Assembly: GCF_028641065.1 (NCBI RefSeq)
Contig: NC_073377.1
Coordinates: 123,504,001 to 123,568,000, forward strand
Length of the DNA: 64,000 nucleotides
Direction of reading: 5' to 3'
Source: Leucoraja erinacea
Taxonomy: Eukaryota
Below are positions 38,018-50,345 of this stretch, piece by piece. Under the pieces are notes generated by a model. The model searched no databases, was not told the DNA's origin, and saw only the letters and a program-made list of their open reading frames with translations. The translations under genes and the position numbers were made by a program. Within the stretch, counting starts at the first letter, position 1, and every line of letters begins with the position of its first letter.

Positions 38018-38118
38018 CTCACCTATCCATGTTCTCCAGAGATGCTGTCTGACCCTCTGAATTACTGCAGCATTTTGTATTTTTTATTGGAAACCAGGAT
38101 CTGCAGTTCCTTGTTTCT
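38018..38118 (+). mobile_element. Second half of a Penelope terminal repeat whose first half is at 32934-32965
   Basis: Joining CTGAAGAAGGTTCCCAACCTGAAAC-CTCAC to CTATCCATGTTCTCCAGAGATGCTG restores the consensus; CTCAC is duplicated. Confidence 0.7.
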
Positions 38119-39469
38119 GTTTCTTTATTTTTGCTTTAGCCTGTGCACAGCAATTCATCATTTCATATAACTTCCATTGACTTTATGCATTTTTACCGCA
38201 GCTGTCTGTTTATGGGCCTCTGATATGCACTGTGTCTCGAGAGCCATCTACAACAAATGTTAAAGTATTTTTGAGGTTACATTTCACCACAAATTACAAA
38301 ACAAATGGACAGGAATGGGATCCAAGGCTAATACTCCCTACCACATCCTAGGGCACATGGTTATTTACCAAATCCTACTGACATCCTGGATAAAACTGGT
38401 TAATTTGTTTAAAACTTTTAATTATTTGATGCTGAGGTTCATCACTAAGACTATAAATGTAAAAGTGAGGTTTCCATCAGTCATCCAGAAGAGAACACAG
38501 TTTTGGTAAGGTTTATACTTTAGGTTCTCTATTTTTTAGTGTTAGTTCAGCTTATTGTCACATGTGGTACAGTAAAAAAGCTTTATTGTTGCATGCCATC
38601 CAGCCAGTGGAAAGGCGCTACATGATAACAATCAAGCAGTCTACAGTGCACAGATATAGGGCAAAGGGAATAACGTTCATTGCAAGATAAACTCCAGTAA
38701 AGTCTCATTAAATTTAGTCGGAGGGCCTCCAATGAGATAGATGGTGGGTCAGGACTATTCTACATAAATTAGCACAGAAAGGACTGTCACAAATAATTTA
38801 TAAAAACCTCCCTGAAAATGTAAATATACATTATTACTTATTTTCCTAATAGTTGAAATTTTGGAAAGACGTGTGGAAATAGTGTACAAGTGGGGTTGCA
38901 TTTCAGAATGCATTATGTGCATGTTTTAAGAGAAACATAATTTAACAATATGATTCTGTCAGAAACATTAAGAACTGTACTTCATTCGAAGGTTTGCTGT
39001 TTGAAGATAACATAAGCACCAGTTCAAGCAAGCCACACTTTATTGCAAACAATATAGAATATAATTGTAAAGTTAAATATTAACTGATGCATTGAAGTCA
39101 CCACATTTAATTACAGTTTTAAATTAGCTTTCTCTGCAAGCGTTTAATGTATTTAAAGTGTACTTTCAAATAATTGACACAAAAGCAGGCAAGCACTTGC
39201 TAAACATCTATGCACTTTTTTTGTGATAAGGTAGCTGTTGCCAAAAATAATTAATTTACTTGACCTGGAAAATTTTCTAGCCTTTGCAGAATTAATGACT
39301 CATAGAAAAGTGCTACTTGTTAGGAATGTCTGGCAGTAAGTAACACATCAAGAACCGTATGCAAAAAGGCATTGTAGCACAACATTAGTAAAGTAATAAA
39401 ACAGTTAATAGGAATATAAATTCACTGTTATCAAAGATTATTATTTTGTTACAGAAATTGAACAATGAC

Positions 39470-39770
39470 TTTAGTGACTTTAGAGATAAAGGGTGGAAAC
39501 AGGCCCTTCGGCCCACCAAGTCTGCGCCGACCAGTGATCACCCGTACACTCGCACCATCCAAACTCGGGACAATTTTTACATGTCACCGAAGCCAATTAT
39601 TTGGCAAACCTGTACGTCTTTGGTGTGTGGGAATAAACCAGAGCACTCGGAGAAAACCCACTCAGTCAAAGAACGTACAAACTCTGAAAAGACAGCACCC
39701 AGTCAGGATCGAAACCGGGTCTTTGGCACTGTAACTCAGCAACTCTACCACTGCGCCACTGTGCTGCCCC
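39470..39770 (-). mobile_element. V-SINE (HE1-like)
   Basis: Antisense head, V-domain and tail matching 7751-8083. Confidence 0.78.
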
Positions 39771-40276
39771 TCATAAATAACTATATTAATAACTAATAGT
39801 AACTCATTTAGAAAATAATTCAAATTTGTAAACAAAATTATGAATATCATTACAGTGGTTCATTGTCATATCTCTTCCCCACCTACTCTACTTTACGGGC
39901 AGTAGCCAACAAATGAAGAAAATGTTCAATACTGATATTCTGCTAATATTACTAGGGGGGCAGCGCTGGTGAGGAAGGGAAGGTAAATCAGCTATGGATT
40001 TTATTGCAACGGACGTTGGAATGTAGCGGGAACACAGGGTCTGTCCTTTGCATCACGGGCGCAATCAGTAGGGTCCCGACACGAAACATTGTCTATCCAT
40101 TCCCTCCACAGATGCTGCTTAACCTGCTGTGTTTTTCAGCACTTTGTGTTTTGCTTGTAGCTCATCTCCTCTTTGACTCACAAAGTAAATGCTGAAATCC
40201 CTTTTGTAGATAAGGTTTGTGGGCCACAACTTAATGATTGAAATATGATGTCTATCCTTCAGCTTGATTTTCTTTA

Positions 40277-40490
40277 GTCAGAAGGTGGTGAATCTGTGGA
40301 CTTCATTGCCACAGAGGGCAATGGATATTGAGATGGAGATTGACAGATTCTGGATTATTAAGGGTGTCAGGGGTAATGGGGAGAGGGCAGGAGAATAGGT
40401 TTGAGAGGGATAATTAGGTCGGGCATGATTGAATGGTGGAGTAAACCTGATGGCCGAATGACCTAATTCTGCTCTTATCACATATGAACA
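40277..40490 (+). mobile_element. CR1 LINE 3' end
   Basis: GTGGTGAATCTGTGG..ATTGCCACAG and a GGCCGAATG..CCTAATTCTGCTC tail. Confidence 0.7.
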
Positions 40491-41479
40491 TGATCCACCC
40501 AGTTAAGACATGTGTTAATGGCTGGGCTTGCTGCATTCTGCTGGCCAGGAATGCTATTCTTTTTGGTCACTGACAGCTACCATCTCCAGAATTTCCTGTT
40601 GAAACTCAGTGTTTTTACCCATGTTAAACACTCCATTGGCATATAACCAATAATGGAGGAAATAAAATCCAAAGCAATGGTGCACTCAGCATAGTCTGAA
40701 CATTATGTCGACAAATGCGCAAAAAAGGCTAAATCAAAAGCAGCAAGCAGATATGCAAACTGAGATCAGATGATCAATCAAGATGACTGTACTCACATTT
40801 TATCAATGCATCTGGAGTGCTATTCAGCATATTTGGATTCCCAAATCATCACTTGTGGCACATGGCAAGCATTTTGACCATATTCATTCTGGTCAATCAA
40901 TTGGCAGGGCTTGCATGGTACTTGATAGGATCACAGTAATCTTCAACCAAAGTTCACATTCCATACCTCACAGCACAGACCACTAGATGGGGTCAGGAGT
41001 GAGAAACCTAATCTAACCTAGGTGTTTAATGATATCTGGTGGACCTGACTGCCAACAGAATGAGATCCATTCATTTGATACACAAAGTGAAACCTTTTTC
41101 AGTGCAACCCATTTAAATTCTTGTTTACTAGCAAGGGTATTTGAAGTACATGTATGGATACCATTCTGATGAAACGTATCAGATAAAACAGTGTTTTAGA
41201 TATCTAATATTAGTTGTGAAACAGTTGAAACCCCAGACATACTAAAATTTACTTTATTGATGGTCATCATATGAAAAATAATGCAACCAACAAATCCTAA
41301 AATCCAATAGGTTCGTAATTAAATCAAATTCCATATTTCATTGAATGGAATTCCATTAGTTTGACAAATATTCACTTCCAACTAACATTCAAATTCCTGG
41401 AGTTTATTGGTCTAAACTTGTACAGGTCCAGAGTTGACTTACGCCTGCATAACTAGACTCTTTTTCCTTTATCTCCAGC

Positions 41480-43680
41480 TATATCTGAGGAGACAACGCA
41501 TTCCTCCCTGACAAGCTCAATACGTCTTTGAAGAGAAGATCAGTTAAACACAGCCCCAAATACACCTGTACCCATGGCCACTGTTGCAGAGTCAGAGCAA
41601 CCTGTCTGAGAGTGAACCCAAGGAAAGCAACCAGTCCAGATGGAATTCCCAATCGTGTTCTAAGAACCTGCGTGGACCAGCTGGCAGGAGTATTCACCTC
41701 TTCCTCTTCCATCTAAGGTACCCATCTGCTTTAATCTATAATCAAACCCTGGTTTGACTCCCCAAATGCAACACCTCACATTTATCTGCATTAAACGTCA
41801 CTAACCATTCCTCAGACCACATACCCAACGGGTCAAGATCCTGCTGCAATTTTTGATAAATTGAGTTTGCTCAATGTAAAGTAGCTATATGCCGGGTCAT
41901 GTAGGCTAACAAACAAATGTTATGCAAGCTAGATATTAAAATAACTTATTGACTGCCTTTATTAGCATTAGCACAGATGTTTGATTGAGTTGCTATTGGT
42001 TGGAGATGGCTGCAATTTAAAAGACATTTAGAAAGACACAAGGATAGGAATAATTTCGAGAAATATGGGCCAAATGCAGGCAGGTGGATTAAGGTAGCTG
42101 GGTCATCATCCATCATCCCAGTGCCAAAATAAAGAATAAGATAGTATGCCTTACTGATCACCGAATGGCTTGAGATCTACCATTATGAAGTGCTTCAAGG
42201 GATTGGTTATGGCACATATCAACTCCAACCTCTCAGACAACCAGGGTCCACTGCAATTCACTATCATCAAGATGAAATCACAACAGATGCAATCTCTGTG
42301 GTCCTGGACTCATCCCTGCGACATCTGGATTAAAAGGACACCTAAATCAGACTCCAACATATTGACTATAACTCTGTCTTCAATGCCATAATTCCAATGG
42401 ACCTCATCTCCAAACCCCTGGACCTACGTCCCAACATCATTGACCTACACTATAGACTGCAATTTGTAAGGATAGGGTACAAAACATCAGAACAACAAGA
42501 CATACCTTTATAAATGTGATGATGAGAAATGTCTTTAGTCAAAGGGTGATGAATCTGTGGAATTCATTGCCATAGACGGCTGTGGAGGCCGTCATTGGGG
42601 ATTAAAAAAAAAAAATTTCAGCTATTTCTTTTTTTGTTTTTGTTTTTGTTTTTGTTTTTTTTAGTTTATTTTATTAGAAGTTAATACAGTACAAAACAAT
42701 ACAGTGGTACCTAATTTTAGGTGCCAACTATGTCATAACGTAATACATTCTATGCACAACCTCTAGTTTTATGTTTTTGAAAAGGTAGTTAAAAAAACAA
42801 AAATAGAGAGAAGAAAAAGAGGAAAAATAGATTGTAGAAAATAGAAAAACGTGAAGTGTGTATATAAGAAAAGAAAAAGTAGAAAGTAGAAATAGGAGAA
42901 AAAGACCCTTAAAAAAGAAATCTTCAAATCTTTGTTTGGAGATGTAAATCTATCCATCTGAAAACCCACCTGAAATCAGTAATCTTTACGGTTATGCTGC
43001 ATCACATGATTCCAAAAAGTCGATGAAAGGGGACCAACTCCTTAAGAATTGGTCATATTTATCTATTAGGCGGAGTCTCATTTCTTCAAGGTGTGCTATG
43101 TCCGTCATATTCCTAATCCACATTTTAATAGTTGGTATAGCTGTATTTTTCCAAAATTTAAGTATCAATTTCTTTCCAATTATTAACCCATAATTAAAGA
43201 ATACTTTTTGGTCTTTGTTTAAATTGATATCTTCTACTATTATTCCAAATATAATCCATTCCGTATTAGGTTCTATTCTTGACTTGAAGAGCTTTGTAAA
43301 TATATCAAATATATCGCTCCAGGGAATTTTTAAAGAGGATGTTGACAGGTTCTTGATTGGTAAGAGATTAATAAGATGAGGCAAGAGAATGTGGATGAGA
43401 GGAAAAGATAGATCAGCCATGATTAAATGGTGGAGTAGACTCGATGGGCCGAATGGCCTAATTCTGCTCCTATGACTTATGAAAACATCCTCAGCATTAA
43501 TTCTCAACATTGGTGCCCTGCAAGGCATTATTTCCAGTCCCTCATTATACTCCCTATACATTCACAACTGTGCTTCCAAATTCTTCTCTCATTTCACTAC
43601 AGGTTTGTAGGTGACACCATCACATTGGGCCGAATTTTAAACAATAATGAGGCACTGTACAGGAAGGAGATTGAAATTAT
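41480..43680 (+). mobile_element. Decayed Rex/Babar LINE interrupted by CR1 and L1 insertions
   Basis: VNPRKATSPDGIPNRVLRTCVDQLAGVFT and LRSTIMKCFKGLV motifs; resumes at 43490 with a GALQG-like RT motif and VGDT. Confidence 0.65.
42620..43320 (-). mobile_element. L1-clade LINE 3' end nested in a CR1 3' end (42489-43481)
   Basis: WSDIFDIFTKLF..IFG..KKLILKFWK..WSPFIDF with an A-rich tail (T-run at ~42628-42662). The CR1 sequence continues on both sides. Confidence 0.8.
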
Positions 43681-44752
43681 TTGAAACGGGGTGGATGATT
43701 CACTAATAATTACTTCCTCGGTCCTAAATTATCAATGTCAGCGTATCTCTTGATAAACGTACACATTGGCTAAGTTGACACTCCAGAGTTACTGCTCTCC
43801 CACATGTGTCTTAGATTAGACATTAAAGCTTGACTGCCTTTTCAGATTTTCACAAACATTCCCTGTGTTTTCAAACAGAAGAGATATCTCTGATGTCCTG
43901 GCCTCCATACGGAGATTATTAACTCTATGTTTTGGGATCTTGCTGTGTATAAAATTTGCAATTAAATTAGAATCAATATTAAACTTAGTAGTCATTTAAA
44001 TTTAGAAGTAAATTAAAAGTAATTTAAATCTAAAATAATTTATCTGTCCATATAACATTTTGAAGTTGTAAAGAATACTAACCTACAAAATAAAATTATG
44101 AACATGTAATAAACATGCTCTTCTTTAAATTTATATATAGGATAATATAAACTGTGCAACATTCACACTATGCCAATGGCATGAAATATAAAGATTATTT
44201 AATAATTAAGTTGTGTGATGTGTAGTTATTGTTCCTCGTGACAAAAAGTCAGTCCGGACACAGGCTAGTACTCTGGCTCAAAAATCAAATCAAACAGTAT
44301 GCACTGCAATAATTTACAGGCAACATAAAGTAATTTTGCTAAAGCCAGCGTTTAATCTCAGACCTCATTTAGAAGTTAGAAATGGTAAATCCCTTGACTT
44401 AAATAATTGCCATGCAATTGCTGCAACATATTGTTTTACATTTACTCAGCACATAGCAATGTGTGCTTATACTGTGACTAATCACATTGGAAGAGAATAT
44501 AAATAATCTTATTAGTTTGAGTGGCTTCAGGAAATTGAAATGATTAATCTTTCTTCCACAAAGTTTCAGGTATGGTGTGGGTGATGCTAACTCATCTATC
44601 CTGAATAAAGCACATTACTCCATTACATTATGTTAATGAAAGTGTAATCTGACAGCTTTTTCACATGTTAATCATTCTCTATATAAAAATCTCTTTTCTA
44701 ACAATGGCTTTGATATGTCCATTCATTGGTTTAATCAATTGTTAATGCCTGA

Positions 44753-45010
44753 GGGGCGGCATGGTGGCGCAGCTGCTGAAACCTGACCATGGGTGCTGTC
44801 TGTATGGAGTTAGTATGTTCTCTTCTTGACCACGTGGGTTTTCCCCAGGTGCTTGGGTTTCCTCCCACTCTCCAAAGACGTACAGATTTGTAGGTTAATT
44901 GGCTTCAATAAAGCTTGTTAATTGCTTCTAGCGGATTGCTGGTCAGTGTGGGACTCGGTGGCCCAATTTCCATGCTGTATCTCTAAAATAAACTAAACTA
45001 AGCTTAACTA
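44753..45010 (+). mobile_element. V-SINE (HE1-like)
   Basis: GGGGCGGCATGGTGGCGCAG head, V-domain and a (CTAAA)n tail. Confidence 0.75.
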
Positions 45011-45349
45011 AATAGCTTGAGACAATGCTCTCAATCAATTGCATATAATATCTTATTATCCTAACCTTTGTTTCCTTTTTAAGGAGTGAATGTTTCCAAT
45101 TTTCATTTTTCTCTCAGTCTTTTGTAGTTAGAGAGCTCTTTTCTTGTGCTACGATCATGATCCAAATGTGCCTCAGCATAAAGTCAATGCCCATACATTT
45201 CTCTAGATAAGTTTCTACCTTAGCACTAAGCGATTAGATATGACAAACCTTTCTAATGATGTCCTAGAAAGTATTTCAAGCATGATGTAGATGGTCTTAC
45301 CAGATCGGGGGGCGCGAACACAACATTCTATTGGGAAATAAGGCAGAGC

Positions 45350-46820
45350 AACTAGCTGAAGTGTCAGCGAGGAGCACTTTTGAAACGATGAACTTTGTTC
45401 TGCTAGTTTTTGAAATAGTTAAGTAAAAAGATAGGACTGGTCCACAATTTTAATTCAGAAATTGCGGGAAAGCTAATTTTGATGGCCAGGAACTTGCAAA
45501 GGTTAATTGGGAGAGGCTGTTAGCAGGTGAGTGTGGGAGAGCTCAGGGGCAGCATATTCCCATTACAGTGAAGGGCAGGGTTGGCAGGATTGAAGATCTC
45601 TAGCTGATGCGGGATATTGAGCTTTAGACAGGAAAATGTAGGAGAATTAAACCAGGAATAGGCAACTATGATCAAGCAAATCTCGAGGAGTGTAGGGGAT
45701 ATTAGAATATGCTAAAGGGGGACAACAGAGGGGCAAAATGGAGACATGGGATATCCTTGCTAGATGTAAAGAAGAATCTTAAAATATTCTATAAGCATAT
45801 TAAGTACAAAAGAGTAACAAGGAGGAGAATAATAATAATAATAATAATCTTATTTATATAGCACATTTTCAGTCAACTTGCATTGACCCCAAAGTGCTTC
45901 ACATAATTACATTACATTACACACAGGCAAAGGTGGGTGAAGTGTCTTGCCCCAAGGAAACAACAACAGTATGCACTCCAAGCGGGATTTGAACCGGCTA
46001 CCTTCCGGGCACCAGCCGAACACTTAGCCCATTGCGCCATCTGTTGTCCCTAGAATAGGGAAGAGCTTAAGGATCAGTGTGATCAGTATGCATGACCATG
46101 TGTGGACTGAGGTCTTAAATTAATCCTTACATTAATATGAATGAATGAATAAGTTTATTGGCCAAGTATTCACATACAAGGAATTTGCCTTAGTGCTCTG
46201 CCCGCAAATGACAACACGACATATAGTGACAGTTAGGAATGATACATGAAACATTAAACATTAATAATAAAGCATTATCGATTGCCATTTCCCATGAAGG
46301 CTATGGAAGCTAGGAGTTCAGGGAAGAGAACAATGATGTTCTGAAACATGCTGACATTAAGATAGAGGAGATTTTGGAGGTCCCGAGGTGCATAAAGGTG
46401 GATAAATGTCTGGGCTCTGACCGAGTGGATCCTAGGATACCATGGAAAGACCAAGAAGAGACTTTTGTATCGTTGGGTGCAAGTCAGAAGACTGGAGAGT
46501 GGAAAATGTTGTTCATTTATTTAAAAGGAGCTGCAAGGACAAGCCAGGGAACTCTAGGCCAGTGCACTTAATGTTAGTGGTGACAAAGTCATTGGAGAGT
46601 GTTCTGAGAGATAGGATCTATCTGCATTTAGAAAGGCAAGGACTGATTAAGGATAGGCAGCAAGGCTTTGTGCATGCAAAATCATGTCTCATGTATTTGA
46701 TTACGTTTTTGAAGAGGTGACCAGAAGGAGAGCAGGGCAGTAGATATTATCCAGCTGAATGTTAGCAGAGCTTTTGACAGGTCCTGCAAGGTAGGAAGGT
46801 TAGATCACATGGGATCAGAT
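45350..46820 (+). mobile_element. Highly decayed CR1 ORF2 fragment
   Basis: EDWRVENVVHLFKR..DKPGNSRPV.L..V.K.LE..QQGF..KSCL (RT N-terminal motifs). Confidence 0.65.
45832..46051 (-). mobile_element. tRNA-derived CORE-like SINE with an L2-type tail
   Basis: A box TGGCGCAATGG, B box GGTTCAAATCC, CCTTGGGGCAAGACACTT core, GTGAAGCACTTTG..GCTATATAAATAA(TTA)n tail; TSD AGAATA (45826-45831, 46052-46057). Confidence 0.78.
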
Positions 46821-46829
46821 AAGTTTGTA

Positions 46830-47410
46830 AGTTCATAAGTCATAGGAGCTGAATTAGGCCACTTGGTCCATTGATTCTGCTCCGCTATTCGATCTTTGGT
46901 GATCTATTTTTCCCTCTCAACCCTATTCCCCATAGCCTTTGACACCCTTACTAATCAAGAACCTATCAACCTCCACTTTTAAAATATCCAATGACTTTGT
47001 CTCCATCACCTTCTTTGGCAATGAATTCCACATATTCACCACCCTCTGGCTAAAGAAATTCCTTCTCATCTCCATTCCAAAGGCACCTCCTTTTATTCTG
47101 ATACTGTGCCGTCTGGTCCTGGACTCTCCCACCCCTGGAAATATGTTGTCCACATCCAGTCTGTCTAGGCCTTTGATTATTCAGTCGGTTTCAATGAGAC
47201 CCCTCCTCATCCTTGTAAACTCCAGCAAGTATATTACAGAGTCATCAAACGCTCGTCAAACATAAACCCATTCATCCCCGGACCATTCTTGTAAACGTCC
47301 TCTGGACTCTCTACAACACCAGCACATCCTTACTCAGATATGGGGCCCAAAATTGTTCACAATATTCCAAATGAGGTCTAACCAATGCCTTATAAAGCCT
47401 CTGCACTACT
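46830..47410 (-). mobile_element. CR1 LINE 3' fragment
   Basis: ORF 46923-47153 FPGVGESRTRRHS..EMRRNFFSQRVVNMWNSLP. Confidence 0.82.
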
Positions 47411-47479
47411 TCCTTTCTTTAGTATCCTTCCTTACTATTGAAGTTAGGTAATTAGGTCATAAGGACATAAGGTCATAAG

Positions 47480-47915
47480 GAATAGGGGGAGAAGAAAGGA
47501 GAAAGGAGGAGGGGGAGCCCGAAGGCTGAGGGATGGGAGGTGACAGCCCGAGGGCTGAGGAAGGGGAGGAGACAGCAAGGACTAACAAAATTGGGAGAAT
47601 TCAATGTTCATGTCCCCAGGATGCAGACTCCCCAGGCGTGAGGTGCTGTTCCTCCAATTTCCGGTGTTGCTCGCTCTGGCCATGGAGGAGACCCAGGACA
47701 GTGAGGTCGGATACACAGTGGGAGGGGGAGTTGAAGTGCTGAGCCATCGGAAGGTCAGGTTGGTTATTGCGGACCGAGCGGAAGTGTTCGGCGAAACGAT
47801 CGCCCAGCCTCCGCTTGGTCTCACCGATGTAGATCTGCTCACATCTAGAGCAGCGGATGCAATAGATGAGGTTGGAGGAGATGCACGTGAACCTCTGTCA
47901 CACATGGAATGACTG
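47480..47915 (-). mobile_element. Penelope-like element GIY-YIG endonuclease fragment
   Basis: An alternative minus frame reads FTCISSNLIYCIRCSRCEQIYIGETKRRLGDRFAEHFRSV..AQHFN, and the fragment ends LGSLHPGDMNIEF. Confidence 0.88.
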
Positions 47916-48773
47916 CTAGGACTTAATGTTGCATTAAATACCAAATGCCATAAGGAAAACTGAGCAAAACGGAGTTCCATGCTACATGAATACTGACTGA
48001 AAACTTCATGCTTTGAAACTGAGAAAGTCATGCTTAAAATCAAGAGTCCCATCTGGTATCCTGTATTTGAAGTTTCTAAAGGAATTTCCACAACAAAAAA
48101 ATAGATTTTATATAAAAAGAAAATACGATATATATATATATATATATATACAGGTATAATAGAATAAAATAACCAAGTTATTTTCTTCAGTAGATGATGT
48201 TTGTAACCAAAACTGATTGTATTACACAAAATACAACCTGATAGGGGGTTACCACTACAATGCCCACCTAATACAACCTCGCTGCTTCTGTAGTAAATCC
48301 AATTTATATTTGTGTTTTGAATCAGGCAGAAAATTATTAACCTGTAAATCATTCTAATATTTTTTTTTTGTGTGTGCAAACCTAGTCTTGGGTCAAAAAC
48401 ATTAAAATGAATATTGTTTATGCAGATATCAAAATATCTGAAAATTGGAATAGCTATCACTACATCATGGAAATGCCAGAGAAATGTCTATTAAAGTATT
48501 TTTCCTACAGCAGCTCCCTCTCTAGGCAAAGAATGTCATCAACACAAGCCACAAAACATATTTCTCTGACGCATGCACGTTAAAGAGAGACAGTGAGTGT
48601 GTTTCTCTCACTTACGTAACAGCAATTAATTCTCCACCAGAATAGCAGCTTTTTTATTCATGGAGATGAATGGAAATGTTCTATTGACTATAACACCTGG
48701 CTAATTGTATGGTCTTCCAATAAAGAGTTTCAAATGAATTATGTAATCAAACCACCAATACATCAAGTGCAGG

Positions 48774-50143
48774 AATCAATCAATCAACCTTTATTGTCAT
48801 CTTGCAAGCAACAGTTGTACAGTGCAAAATGAAAAGACGTTTCCCAGGGAATACCGGAGCATCGCACATGAAATTTAAAACATTTCACACATAATAACAC
48901 TAAAAACAATCCAGTCCCTGATGGAACAGTATAAATAGTTAAAAGCAGGTAAAACAACAACGTTAAAATACAGTAAAACCAATCATAAAAATGTCCGGGG
49001 CAGCTGATTTGATTGGCCAGTGCTAGTTATTAAAGTGTCCGTGCCAAGCCTCAGAATCAGGTGACTGTGAGTACAGAGGGACTGTTTAGCAGCCTCACAG
49101 CCTGTGGCAGGAAGCTGTTTAGCAGTATTGTAATCCGGGCTTTGATGCTGCGATATCTCTTGCCTGATGGCAGGAGATCCAGGTGTATGTGGAGGGGGTG
49201 CAGTTTGTCCTTAGCAATTCTCTGAGCTTTTTTCAGACAGCGGCTCTGGAACAGTTCTTGTACCGAGGGTAGGGAGACGCCAATGATCCTCTCTGCTCTG
49301 CTCACTACCCTCTGCAGAACCTTCCTGTCCGAGCAGTTGCAGGTGGAGTACCACGTATTTATGCAGTACGTGAGTACAGACTCCACCGTACCCCTGTAGA
49401 AAGTCCTGATGGTGTTGGTGGGGAGTGGGGAATTCTATCAGCGGAGAGCAATGTTTCCCGGCTATCGTTGCGTTCACACACCAGTCCTTGTTTATGTACA
49501 AGCACAAGGCCTCCACCTCGGCTCTTACCAGAGCTAGCTGCCTCTCTGTCCGCACGGAACGATGTCATTCCCATCAGCTGTATTGCCGAGTCCGGGATGT
49601 TACCATGGAGCCATGATTCCATGAAAACAAACACACAGCCGTCTCTTATATCTGTATGTTGTTTTGAGAAGACGCAGTTCGTCAAGTTTGTTGTCCAGGG
49701 AGCGGACATTAGAGAGGAGAAGCGAGGGCACTGCAGGTCGGGTGGGGTTAGCTGTTAGCCTAGCGCGAATGCCTGCTCTTTTCCCCCGTCTCCGCCTCGT
49801 GTAAGAGCCTGCTCTTTTACCCCGTTTCTGCCTCCTCTCACACCGCTTGCGTCTCCTCCTCCGCCTCTCTCTCCTCTCCCGCATCCTCTCTCCGGTCGTA
49901 TTCATATCTGCGGCCGATATGTTTGGCTTCACAGCCGATAGTGGTAGTCCATAGCGGCGTATTTGGTCTAAATCGCACCAAAATGTGCCCGTACTACGTA
50001 CTACCGTGGTTTGCCCCGATGTTTAGGAGCATGTTCCTGCAGTACATATATCTTGGACAGACTGGACAAAACACACAACACTCACTTTTTAATGCTCCGA
50101 CTATCTCCCGAGGGGCCGCTGCGACTGTGCGCGCCGCCATCTT
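48774..50143 (-). mobile_element. Internally deleted Rex1/Babar LINE retaining both ends
   Basis: 5' AAGATGGCGGCGCG; basic RRGKRAG..PSLLLSNVRSLDNKLDEL and APE start (ESWL..RADR..GGG) joined at ~49420-49430 to the C-terminal FYRGTVESVLTYCI..LLPSGKRYRS..NSFLPQAVRLLN; AATAAA and a (GATT)n tail. Confidence 0.85.
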
Positions 50144-50345
50144 GGATAGATGGAACTGCAGATGCTGGTTTACACCAAAGATAGGCACAAAATGGTGGAG
50201 TAACTCGGTGGGACAGAGAACATCTCTGGATAGAAGAGTCTAAAGGTTTAGCATCTGAAGAAGGGGCTCAACCCAAAACATCACGCATTCGTTCTATCCA
50301 GAGATGCTGTCTGTCCCGCTGAGTCCAGTATTTTGTGTCTATCTT
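50144..50345 (-). mobile_element. Fold-back Penelope-derived element (its first bases at 48767-48773, split off by the Rex insertion)
   Basis: Inverted arms; CTGAAGAAGGGGCTCAACCC at 50255; 14-bp TSD CACCAATACATCAA at 48753-48766 and 50346-50359. Confidence 0.75.

Noticed and set aside
45960-46051. tRNA gene (also the heads of the HE1-like copies)
   Set aside because: A and B boxes are present, but there is no complete cloverleaf and they continue into SINE bodies and tails.
47582-48460. 292-aa ORF as a host gene
   Set aside because: A chance read-through of AT-rich DNA and a (TA)n tract into an off-frame Penelope endonuclease fragment.
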